Of a stretch of DNA of 64,000 nt, positions 56,700 to 64,000 are shown one piece after another. A model generated the notes under the pieces. It had not been told where the DNA came from and did no database searches. It saw only the letters and a list, made by a program, of their open reading frames with translations. This DNA is from an uncultured Chloroflexota bacterium (GTDB lineage: Bacteria; Chloroflexota; UBA4733). Numbering within the stretch: the first letter of the stretch is position 1; each line of letters opens with the position of its first letter. A program made the translations under genes and the position numbers. Location: positions 255 through 64,254 of the forward strand of contig CALBSQ010000053.1 of assembly GCA_937967325.1 (NCBI GenBank), written 5' to 3'.

Positions 56700-57761
56700 T
56701 CAGCGAGATTCAGGCCGAGGAACGCCTGTTGATACTGGCGGCGCCGCCAGCGCCCGGCGCGCCACCGTTTCTGCCGGCAGGGAGAAGCGGTCGAAGGCCT
56801 CGCGCAGGTGCTGCTTGGTGTACTGGGCGTAGATCTTCTTGGTCGTCTCGGGCGAGGCGTGGCCCAGGATGTCCTGCACCTCGGAGAGCTGGGCGCCGTT
56901 ATTTAACATAACACGAGCCTTCAAGTGGCGCAGGTGGTGGGTCTTGACCTCGACGCCGGCGAGCCGACCGTACTTGCGCACGACGCCCCAGACCGACTGC
57001 GGTGATAGCCGCCAGCGCTCCCCGCGTGAACCCGGTAGGCCGCGCCCGTCGTCGTGGCGGAGAAACAGGGGCAGGTAGGAGTCGCCGCGCTCGCGCAGGT
57101 AGGAGCGGATGGCGGCGAGAGAGGGGGCATCGAAGAAGACGGTGCGCTCCTTGTCGCCTTTGCCGGTAATCAAGCCCTCATCCACCCGACCGTCATGCAC
57201 GTCGGTGCGATTCAGACGCGAGAGCTCGTCGCGGCGCAGCGCGGTGGCGTAGAGCGTGGTCAGCAGCGCGCGGTCGCGCAGGAGGGCGAGCCGCGCTTGG
57301 GTGTTGGCGCCATCGGAGAGGGGTACGTCGATATTATTGACATAAGTCACCGAGAGCGCCACGGCGTCGTCCACCCGCGGCGTCTTGTAGGGGACGCGGC
57401 CGATCAGCTCGCGCAGTCCGTCCTTGATACGCTCGAAGGAGAGATCGGGCGGCAGCCAGCGCTGGCGGTCCAGGTAGCGGAAGAAGGCCCGGACGGACGT
57501 GACATAAGCGACGCATGTAGCCCGATGGTCGCGTCCGCGCTCGCGCAGCAGCCAGGCGTAGAAGCGCTCCAGTGCGTCGGCCGGTAGCTGGTCGGTGGAG
57601 GCGGTCGCCAGATCGACGCCGAGCGCGGGCAGGAACTCGCCGAAACGTCGGAGCGCGGAGGCGTAGTTGGTGGCCGTGCGCGGTGACTTGGCGATGAGGG
57701 TCGCCTGGAAGGCGGCGATGGCGTCGGAGAGGAGGGGGGCGGTCGGCACGGCAAGGGTCAT
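56700..57761 (-). CDS. tyrosine recombinase / phage-type integrase (XerC/D-like)
   Basis: ATALRRDELSRL (Arg I), HHLRHLKARVMLNNGAQLSEVQDILGHASPETTKKIY (HxxR, His, Tyr). Confidence 0.9.
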   Translation of the reverse strand: MTLAVPTAPLLSDAIAAFQATLIAKSPRTATNYASALRRFGEFLPALGVDLATASTDQLPADALERFYAWLLRERGRDHRATCVAYVTSVRAFFRYLDRQRWLPPDLSFERIKDGLRELIGRVPYKTPRVDDAVALSVTYVNNIDVPLSDGANTQARLALLRDRALLTTLYATALRRDELSRLNRTDVHDGRVDEGLITGKGDKERTVFFDAPSLAAIRSYLRERGDSYLPLFLRHDDGRGLPGSRGERWRLSPQSVWGVVRKYGRLAGVEVKTHHLRHLKARVMLNNGAQLSEVQDILGHASPETTKKIYAQYTKQHLREAFDRFSLPAETVARRALAAPPVSTGVPRPESR

Positions 57762-57901
57762 ACGTCGCCTCCCCGGTTGTGGTAGATATTATTCACCTAA
57801 TAGCTACCACATGGTCCGGATTGCTCGAACGCCAAGTGGACATAAGTGCCGCCGGGCGCCGCTTTCCGCCGCGTGTCGGACGCACCACGGCGATGCTCGC
57901 A

Positions 57902-59176
57902 TCACGATGCCTCACCCAGCTCGGCGTCCATCCGCTCCTGCAAACCCGTTGCCCACGCCACCAATTCGGTCAGCGCCTCAGCCACCCGCTTTCGGGCCGC
58001 ATCATCGCCAATCACCACCCCGTCATACCGGCTGCGCTGCGCGATCCACTCCAACAGGCGTGCGCCCCGGTCCGGCTCGGACGCCGCCTGGCCATTGGTG
58101 GCGCCGGTGCGCGCCGCCTCGCCGGGACCCGCGTCGATCTCGTCGTTGCCGGTCAGAGGCACGTGCAGTCCGGGGACCTGGGCAGGTTCGGACCCGTTCG
58201 TTGGGATCACCGCCGCCAACGGCTCTGCCGGCTCCGGCGTGGTTGTCGGGTGGTTGTCACCCGGATAGACAAACGACGTTTGTTCTGAATGGGGTCCGGC
58301 ATCGGGCGGCTGTGCGGCTGCATCACCCGCGGTTACGCCGTGTAGAGGCGTGCTCACCGACGCCGGAACAAACGACGTTTGTTTTTTCCCGGCCGGCAGC
58401 TTGCGGCGCGGGTTGACAATGCCCGCGGCGGCGAGTCGGGCGCGCGCCACGGCGATGTCGTTGGTCTGCAGCCGCTCTCCGCGCAGCACGCGAGCGCGGA
58501 AGGCCATCAGCTCCTCGTCAGGGAGCTGCATGATGTCCCGCGCGGTCGTCGCGGAGATCTGCCGGCGCTCGACGGCGTCGGCGAGCACCTGATCGGCCAG
58601 CACGCGCAGGCGATCTCGGACGTGCTGCGCCGAGATGTGCAGCCGCGCCGCCAGCTCCGGCGGAGACAGATTTTCCAGATCGCTCAGCTCCTGATAGGCG
58701 CGCGCCTCATCCAGTGGACTCAGCTCCTGCCGCTGCAGGTTCTCGATGAGCTGCAGCACGCGCACCTGAGTCGACGGCTCGTCACGCAGCAGTACGGGCA
58801 CCGTCGCCAGTCCCGCTCGCTCCGAGGCTGTCCGCCGGCGAGCGCCGGCGATGATGACATAGCGCTGGCGGCCATCGTTGAGCGTGCCCGCCTCCCGCAC
58901 GATCAACGGCTGCAGAATGCCGAACTCGCGGATGCTGGCGGCCAGCTCCTCCAGTCGCTGGCCGCCGTCGTTGTGTCCCCAATCGCGACGAGGTTGCGCG
59001 GGATCGGCAACGACCTGCTCAATCGGCACTTCCATGGCTCCGGGGAGCCGGCGCTCGGTGGCGCCCGCTACGGCCTGATGGGCGCTGCGGGGCTGCGCCG
59101 GGCGGATGACCGCGATCTCCGCCTCGCGGGCCCTACGCGCGGGCACCGGCAGGCTCCAGAACGACAGCACGGCCAC
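57902..59176 (-). CDS. parB: ParB-family partition protein (ParB/Srx N-domain + HTH + long C-terminal region)
   Basis: GILQPLIVRE and IIAGARRRTASERAG. The ORF overlaps parA by 44 nt. The true start may be internal, for example MEVPIEQVVADPAQPR at 59035. Confidence 0.85.
   Translation of the reverse strand: MAVLSFWSLPVPARRAREAEIAVIRPAQPRSAHQAVAGATERRLPGAMEVPIEQVVADPAQPRRDWGHNDGGQRLEELAASIREFGILQPLIVREAGTLNDGRQRYVIIAGARRRTASERAGLATVPVLLRDEPSTQVRVLQLIENLQRQELSPLDEARAYQELSDLENLSPPELAARLHISAQHVRDRLRVLADQVLADAVERRQISATTARDIMQLPDEELMAFRARVLRGERLQTNDIAVARARLAAAGIVNPRRKLPAGKKQTSFVPASVSTPLHGVTAGDAAAQPPDAGPHSEQTSFVYPGDNHPTTTPEPAEPLAAVIPTNGSEPAQVPGLHVPLTGNDEIDAGPGEAARTGATNGQAASEPDRGARLLEWIAQRSRYDGVVIGDDAARKRVAEALTELVAWATGLQERMDAELGEAS
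58269..58283. promoter_or_regulatory. perfect 15-bp palindrome ACAAACGACGTTTGT, copy 1 (candidate parS)
   Basis: A 7-1-7 palindrome inside the parB ORF, AT-rich relative to its context. Confidence 0.4.
58367..58383. promoter_or_regulatory. same palindrome, copy 2, extended to 17 bp (AACAAACGACGTTTGTT)
   Basis: Identical core 99 bp from copy 1, inside the parB ORF. Confidence 0.4.
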
Positions 59177-59939
59177 CTACCGCCGCCGCGACACGCCGGG
59201 CAAGATCGCGATACGCTGCCATTGCAGGCGCCTTGGGCTCTGTCTGCGCCAAGGGCAGGCGCCGGTTGAGGGCGCGCTTGATCGCCGCCGAGTGCGGAAT
59301 GGGCGTTGCGACTAGATCGCCGTATGCCTGTTGTAAGGCGCGCAAACCACCCTCATCGGGACGATCGCGATGTACCGAGTTGGGTACGACGGCGAGCCGG
59401 CTGGCGGCGCTCAGCTCGTCCTCAGCCAGCTCGTCGATGGCAGTCAAGGTATCGACCAGCGCATCGATATCCTGCTGTGTCGTGGCCGTTGGCATGATGG
59501 CCCAGCCGGCGGCGAGGGCGGCGCTGGACACGGCGAATCCGAGCGCCGGCGGCGTATCCAGCAGCAGGACGTCATAGCCATCCACCCGCGCCAGTACCCG
59601 GCGCAGCCGCAAGAAGCCTGCCGGCGAATCGCTCAGGGCCAGCGCCGCGGCCTCAATGGAACGGTCACCCGGCAACAGGTCGATCCCCTCCAAAACGTGG
59701 CGGATCAGCGCAGTGGCCAACTGCCCCGGCGCAGAGATGCAGGAGCCGATGCCGCGGTCGACCGGGTCGCTACTGAGCAGCCGCGTCAACGACGCCTGGG
59801 CGTCCAGATCCACGATCAGCACAGCGAGCCCCAGCTCCGCCAGCGCGCCGGCAAGGTTCAGCGTGGTGGTCGACTTCCCGCTGCCGCCCTTGCGATTGAG
59901 CACGGCCACGATCTGCTCGCGCTTCATTCGGGTCGCCAC
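59133..59939 (-). CDS. parA: ParA-family partition ATPase
   Basis: Deviant Walker A LNRKGGSGKSTTTLNLA, and VLLLDTPPALG. Confidence 0.9.
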   Translation of the reverse strand: MATRMKREQIVAVLNRKGGSGKSTTTLNLAGALAELGLAVLIVDLDAQASLTRLLSSDPVDRGIGSCISAPGQLATALIRHVLEGIDLLPGDRSIEAAALALSDSPAGFLRLRRVLARVDGYDVLLLDTPPALGFAVSSAALAAGWAIMPTATTQQDIDALVDTLTAIDELAEDELSAASRLAVVPNSVHRDRPDEGGLRALQQAYGDLVATPIPHSAAIKRALNRRLPLAQTEPKAPAMAAYRDLARRVAAAVGGRAVVLEPAGARA

Positions 59940-60257
59940 CTCGCCACGAACGGGGCTGTGTTAGGAAACCATAGAGGGTCGCGTGGCATCGCGTCTCCCG
60001 TATATGCCGGTAAATCTAGTCATGCACTATAGAGGCTGATGCAGGCGCTGTCGATGAGGATAGCCGAACTAGCGGTCCACTGGACGGCCGATGCGAAGCC
60101 TGTCCGCGGTCGAGAATTATGTCTGGTAGCCGATCTTACCGCTGCACACAAGCGGCGAAGGAGGCGGCCGGCCACTCCCGTGGCGGACGCGGTATGCTTG
60201 CCCGGGCGCCGGCGACTCGCCCGACGCGGCCGGCAATTTTCGGAGAGGACAGCACAG

Positions 60258-61016
60258 ATGCCTTCCAACGGCAATCAGGGGATCGTAGCGCTCGTCACCG
60301 GTGGCGGGACGGGCGTCGGTCGCGCTGTGTGTCTGCAACTCGCGGAGCGCGGCGGGCGCGTGGCCATCAACTACTCTCGCTCCGAATCCGAGGCATCCCA
60401 GACGGCGGCGGACGTTCGGGCGGCGGGCGGCGAGGCCGTCGCGCTGCGTGCCGACGTGGCGAGCGCCGCCGCTGCCGATAGCCTGGTCGCGGCCGCGGTG
60501 GAGCGGTTCGGGCGGCTGGACCTGCTGGTCAACAATGCCGGCACGACCCAGTTCATCGACTATGCCAACCTCGACGCGCTCGACGACGCCGTGTGGGACC
60601 GCATCTACGCGGTCAACGTCAAAGGGGCCTTCTACTGCGCCCGCGCCGCCGCCAGGGCCATGCGCGGCAATGGCGGTGGGAGCATCGTCAACGTCGCCTC
60701 CGTGTCGGGCTTGACGGGCAGCGGGAGCAGCATCCCCTATGCCGCTTCCAAAGCGGCGATGATCGGCCTGACCAAGGCATTGGCGATTGCGCTCGCGCCC
60801 GACATCCGCGTCAACGCCGTTGCGCCCGGCTACATCCACACTCGCTGGCACGCCGGGCACCCCGACGAGTGGTACGAGCAGCGCCGGCGCGGGACGCGGC
60901 TACAGCGATTAGGGACCGCCGAAGATATGGCGGCCGCGGTCCTCTCTTTGGGGCTCGACCTTCACCACGCCACCGGCCAGACGCTCGTCGTGGACGGCGG
61001 CCAGTTGCTGCACTGA
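60258..61016 (+). CDS. SDR family oxidoreductase (FabG-like)
   Basis: ATG 60258 after GGAGAGG. ALVTGGGTGVGRAV, NNAG, and YAASKAA catalytic Tyr/Lys. Confidence 0.9.
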   Translation: MPSNGNQGIVALVTGGGTGVGRAVCLQLAERGGRVAINYSRSESEASQTAADVRAAGGEAVALRADVASAAAADSLVAAAVERFGRLDLLVNNAGTTQFIDYANLDALDDAVWDRIYAVNVKGAFYCARAAARAMRGNGGGSIVNVASVSGLTGSGSSIPYAASKAAMIGLTKALAIALAPDIRVNAVAPGYIHTRWHAGHPDEWYEQRRRGTRLQRLGTAEDMAAAVLSLGLDLHHATGQTLVVDGGQLLH

Positions 61017-61179
61017 GCTTGCAGTGTGAGCTGACACCAAAGTCTCCCCAACGCACTTGGTCCGTGCATAACGTTCTATCGGCATGTATCCGGCGCCGGT
61101 GTAGCCAGGCCATTCCTCGGCTCATTGTCCGGCCCGATCACCGAAACGTGCCTCTTGAGCAACACGGAGGGCGAATCCC

Positions 61180-62670
61180 ATGTCTCCTTTCTCCGACACT
61201 GACACCACCCGTTGCCTCTGCGCCGCCGCGCACCTCGACGTTCTCTTCCGCAACCGAGCAATCAGACAGCTTGTAGAGGAGCACCACCGTGCGGCCGGAC
61301 CATCGCCCGGTGTGGATGAACAGATGGTCGTCCAGCATTGCCTTGCCGCCCGCCGCCGCAAGACGCTGCGGAATGTCCTCATCACGCTGCTGCTCCTGCT
61401 GTTGGCGCCGCGATCCGTCAGCCTCACCGCCCAAGGTCCAGCCGGGGCCAGCTCGCTCTTCCAACAGCTCAGCGGTCACGACGCCATGCTCCACATGCCA
61501 CTGTTTCCGCAAACATGGCTGGTACTGACGTGGATCGTCGTCTTGGTCGAGCTATGGATCTCCTATTACGGGATTGTGGCCAGGGGCCTCTTGCGACGGA
61601 ACTTCCAACCGCAATCCGCGCCTACGCCACTATTTCCGCATCGGATCGACGCAGCGCCGACGACCACGGACGCGAATGTCGTCATCTACCGTGGTTACTC
61701 CCCCTTTGTCGGCGCCGGATTGGCCCTCGGCGGCTGGTCATTCCCCGTCGACGTTACCAAAGCGAAGGAAGGCCAGGAGCAACAGCCAAGGCCGCTCCCG
61801 TTTGATCTCAAGGAAATCTACGACCACATCGACGCCTCACTTCTGACGAGCGGTGATCCCGGGCTCGACACGGAGAGCAAGCTTTATGTCAATGGCGAAG
61901 GGATCCGTGATGACGAGCGGTTCGTCCCGGTCAAGCTATCCCGTCCATGTCAGAAGGTAAGCTCGGCGCTCATCAATCAGTATCGAGAGTGTCGGACCGA
62001 ACGAATTCGCTACTACCATTGCTTCAGAGTGACCTCGTGGCAAGGCGATCTGATCATATCGACCTTTCTCGGCTTCGCCAGGGTCGGCAAGAGCCTGTAC
62101 ACCGAGGTGAGCCACTTTGTCCTGCCGCCGATCCACGGCAAATACCACCGTGTGGACCGTCTGCAGCCCTGGCCGACGTGGCTGAATCTGTCGCGATTGC
62201 TTGGGCTTTCCATCATTACGACGGTTGCCCTCGCCTACTTGGCCCCGATCTTCGCGGCGTATCGGCTCGGACGACCGGTGAGCCTATGGCTTGCCGAGAG
62301 GACGACACGTCGGGAAATCAAGGATAACCCGCTGTTTGACTATGGCACAGACACCAGCATACGGAGCATGGTAAGCGATACCAACTACCACCAATACCTA
62401 CAAGTGCTCGACAAAGAGATGTATATAAAGGTCGTGCAATGGCAGATCCTGGATAGCGTCGTCGCGTTCCTTGACAGCAAGAATGTTGACACCTCCGAGA
62501 TCCGACAGCGACAGTCGATGATATTGAATCAGGGCCTCATCATGTCTGGCGGTACGATCAAGGCCGAAAGTCTGGCGATTGGTAAACAAGCAACTGCCGT
62601 GAGAGATGGCGCCGCCAGGATAGCCGGTCAGGTAGCCGCTGCCGCCCAAACGGGGGCGAACGCGGCATAG
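61180..62670 (+). CDS. membrane protein of unknown function (3 predicted TM segments, lower GC)
   Basis: GGAGGG RBS. TM candidates VLITLLLLLLAP, WLVLTWIVVLVELWISYYGIVA and LLGLSIITTVALAYLAPIFAAY. No family was recognised. The C-terminus is IMSGGTIKAESLAIGKQATAV. Confidence 0.6.
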   Translation: MSPFSDTDTTRCLCAAAHLDVLFRNRAIRQLVEEHHRAAGPSPGVDEQMVVQHCLAARRRKTLRNVLITLLLLLLAPRSVSLTAQGPAGASSLFQQLSGHDAMLHMPLFPQTWLVLTWIVVLVELWISYYGIVARGLLRRNFQPQSAPTPLFPHRIDAAPTTTDANVVIYRGYSPFVGAGLALGGWSFPVDVTKAKEGQEQQPRPLPFDLKEIYDHIDASLLTSGDPGLDTESKLYVNGEGIRDDERFVPVKLSRPCQKVSSALINQYRECRTERIRYYHCFRVTSWQGDLIISTFLGFARVGKSLYTEVSHFVLPPIHGKYHRVDRLQPWPTWLNLSRLLGLSIITTVALAYLAPIFAAYRLGRPVSLWLAERTTRREIKDNPLFDYGTDTSIRSMVSDTNYHQYLQVLDKEMYIKVVQWQILDSVVAFLDSKNVDTSEIRQRQSMILNQGLIMSGGTIKAESLAIGKQATAVRDGAARIAGQVAAAAQTGANAA

Positions 62671-62752
62671 CAGCACGATTCGGCAATAGGACGGTAATTG
62701 ATGGGCGTCACTCGCCCATGGCATTGGAATTGGGCTGCACAAAGGAGGAATC

Positions 62753-63112
62753 ATGGCAAGCTATCGCCGTAATGAAGGCATCGTACAACGCGGGGGCAAG
62801 ATCTCGGCCCACAACCTGGCGGTGGGGAGAGGGGCGAGTATTCATGACGACAAGCCTGCGGGTGACATCGATCTGCGCCGCCTAGCCACCGAGCTCGCGG
62901 TGCTTCGCGGGCAGTTGAAGGCTCAAGCGACGGAGCCGGAACACGACGTTGCCGTTGGAGCAGTAGCTGCCGCTGAGCGTGCGGCGAAACAAGGTAACGC
63001 CTCGAGCGCGCTCGGGCACCTGAAAGAAGCAGGGAGCTGGGCACTCGGCGTCGCCACAAAGGTAGGCGTGCCCGTGGCCGTCGCCGCGCTGAAGCAGGCG
63101 CTGGGTGTGTGA
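62753..63112 (+). CDS. small hypothetical protein sharing a motif with the upstream membrane protein
   Basis: AAAGGAGGA RBS. The N-terminus VQRGGKISAHNLAVGRGASI resembles the C-terminus of the upstream protein. Helical Ala-rich tail LKEAGSWALGVATKVGVPVAVAALKQALGV. Confidence 0.55.
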   Translation: MASYRRNEGIVQRGGKISAHNLAVGRGASIHDDKPAGDIDLRRLATELAVLRGQLKAQATEPEHDVAVGAVAAAERAAKQGNASSALGHLKEAGSWALGVATKVGVPVAVAALKQALGV

Positions 63113-63200
63113 CCGGGCAGGGAAGACATGTCGACTCCACCCCTAGACAAGTTGCCGTTGGCCGACCATGCCCTGCGTGTCGGACACCTTAATCGTCTGT

Positions 63201-63671
63201 CTACCCTATCGCGGGCCCGCCAGTTGCTAGCAGCTCCTCGACCAAGAGCTTCAGCTTCTGAAGCCCCTCTTCCGACTGGCGGTACATCAGGCCTTCCAGC
63301 GCGCTGGGGTCGGCGGCGCTGCCGATGAAATCCGCGGGCTGGAACTCCAGCTCGCGCCGGAAGTTGGTTGTCTCTCCCTCCGCGGCGAACGCGTAGGTGA
63401 TCTGGATGCGGCCGCCCTCGACCTGCAGCACCACGCGCGACGGGCGTACGTGCTCGTCAACCGTCCAATCGCCCTCGTACTCGCGCCCGCCGATCTGGGC
63501 ACGCTCGTGGATGACGTCGCCCAGTGCGATCGGACGGTCGGTGACGCCACCGACGGCGAGCGTGGCCGGGTGCCACTGTGGCCAGTAGCGGGTGGTGGTC
63601 ACGATGTTGAACACGCGATCGATAGGACCGACGATGCCTACTTGGTTGACGACTTTTGACATGGGACTCAC
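63201..63671 (-). CDS. SRPBCC (START/polyketide-cyclase-like) family protein
   Basis: IVGPIDRVFNIVTTTRYWPQWHP is the typical N-terminal beta-alpha segment of the fold. About 150 aa. Confidence 0.7.
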   Translation of the reverse strand: MSPMSKVVNQVGIVGPIDRVFNIVTTTRYWPQWHPATLAVGGVTDRPIALGDVIHERAQIGGREYEGDWTVDEHVRPSRVVLQVEGGRIQITYAFAAEGETTNFRRELEFQPADFIGSAADPSALEGLMYRQSEEGLQKLKLLVEELLATGGPAIG

Positions 63672-63803
63672 CTTCCTAGGCGCTCACGCGCCGCGTCTGC
63701 CGGACCTCGCCTCGAATGCAGCATACGGCAAGCGAACCCGCGTGCCGCGGGACGCTCCTCATCCTTGCGGAGCACGAACTTACATAGGAGACCTACCCTA
63801 CGC

Positions 63804-64000
63804 CTAAGTCCGCTCCATTTCGATTATCTGTTCCAGCGCGGCGATTAGGGGTGGAAGATCCACCGTTGCGGTATCCCAGACTCGATTGAGATCAACGTCG
63901 AAATAGGCATGAATAAGTCTGTTTCTCATGCCCACAATGTCCTGCCAGGGCACCATTGGATACCCGTTGCGCGTCTCTATCGAGATTCTCGCGGCAGCTT
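63804..64000 (-). CDS. HepT/DUF86 HEPN-domain toxin, 5'-partial (runs off the window end)
   Basis: Reverse-strand translation ...VPWQDIVGMRNRLIHAYFDVDLNRVWDTATVDLPPLIAALEQIIEMERT with the RNxLxH HEPN motif. Stop at 63804-63806. Confidence 0.75.
   Translation of the reverse strand, partial: AAARISIETRNGYPMVPWQDIVGMRNRLIHAYFDVDLNRVWDTATVDLPPLIAALEQIIEMERT

Noticed and set aside
56890-57350. AT-rich motifs TTATT(N)ACATAA inside the integrase gene, with a similar string in the upstream spacer (57784-57802).
   Set aside because: The intragenic copies are explained by Asn-Asn codons (MLNNG, YVNNID). Similarity to the spacer copy is partial. The spacer hairpin GTGGTAG…CTACCAC (57779-57810) may still be an operator, but the evidence is weak.
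1-64000. Search for tRNA, rRNA, tmRNA, riboswitches and transposase or IS genes.
   Set aside because: No T-loop or acceptor-type structures, rRNA-like conserved blocks or DDE/HUH transposase motifs were recognised by eye. This is a negative result from visual inspection only and should be confirmed with tRNAscan-SE, Infernal and ISfinder.

Overview
GC-rich bacterial DNA (about two-thirds G+C by eye) with short lower-GC islands. No rRNA, tRNA or CRISPR array was recognised. All product calls come from motif recognition in the supplied translations, with no database search. The gene style suggests a high-GC monoderm such as Chloroflexota/Ktedonobacteria or Actinomycetota: TAT/lipobox solute-binding lipoproteins with long Ser/Ala/Thr linkers, Uma2 and DinB genes, and many toxin-antitoxin (TA) genes. 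That placement is inference only. Contents: five full-length orphan ABC solute-binding proteins plus one remnant; several Gfo/Idh/MocA, FAD and SDR oxidoreductases; a molybdopterin XDH-family large subunit with a MoaD-like gene; two tandem ABC exporters; a dynamin-like GTPase operon; an ECF sigma factor with a Cys-rich tail; TA modules (RES/Xre-like, VapBC, MNT with truncated HEPN, partial DUF86); and an integrase-ParB-ParA module next to a lower-GC two-gene cassette of unknown function. Main findings: (1) a 225-bp nested palindromic, MITE-like element sits in frame in the linker of an ABC exporter, with a second large palindrome in the noncoding gap upstream; (2) many spacers between intact genes are built from truncated, frameshifted or chimeric gene fragments, with no IS element in view; (3) a perfect 15-bp palindrome occurs twice inside parB and is a candidate parS; (4) an unlisted 52-codon Cys-rich ORF heads the zinc-ribbon/dynamin operon; (5) the membrane protein plus small protein cassette at 61.2-63.1 kb is the best candidate for an undescribed system.
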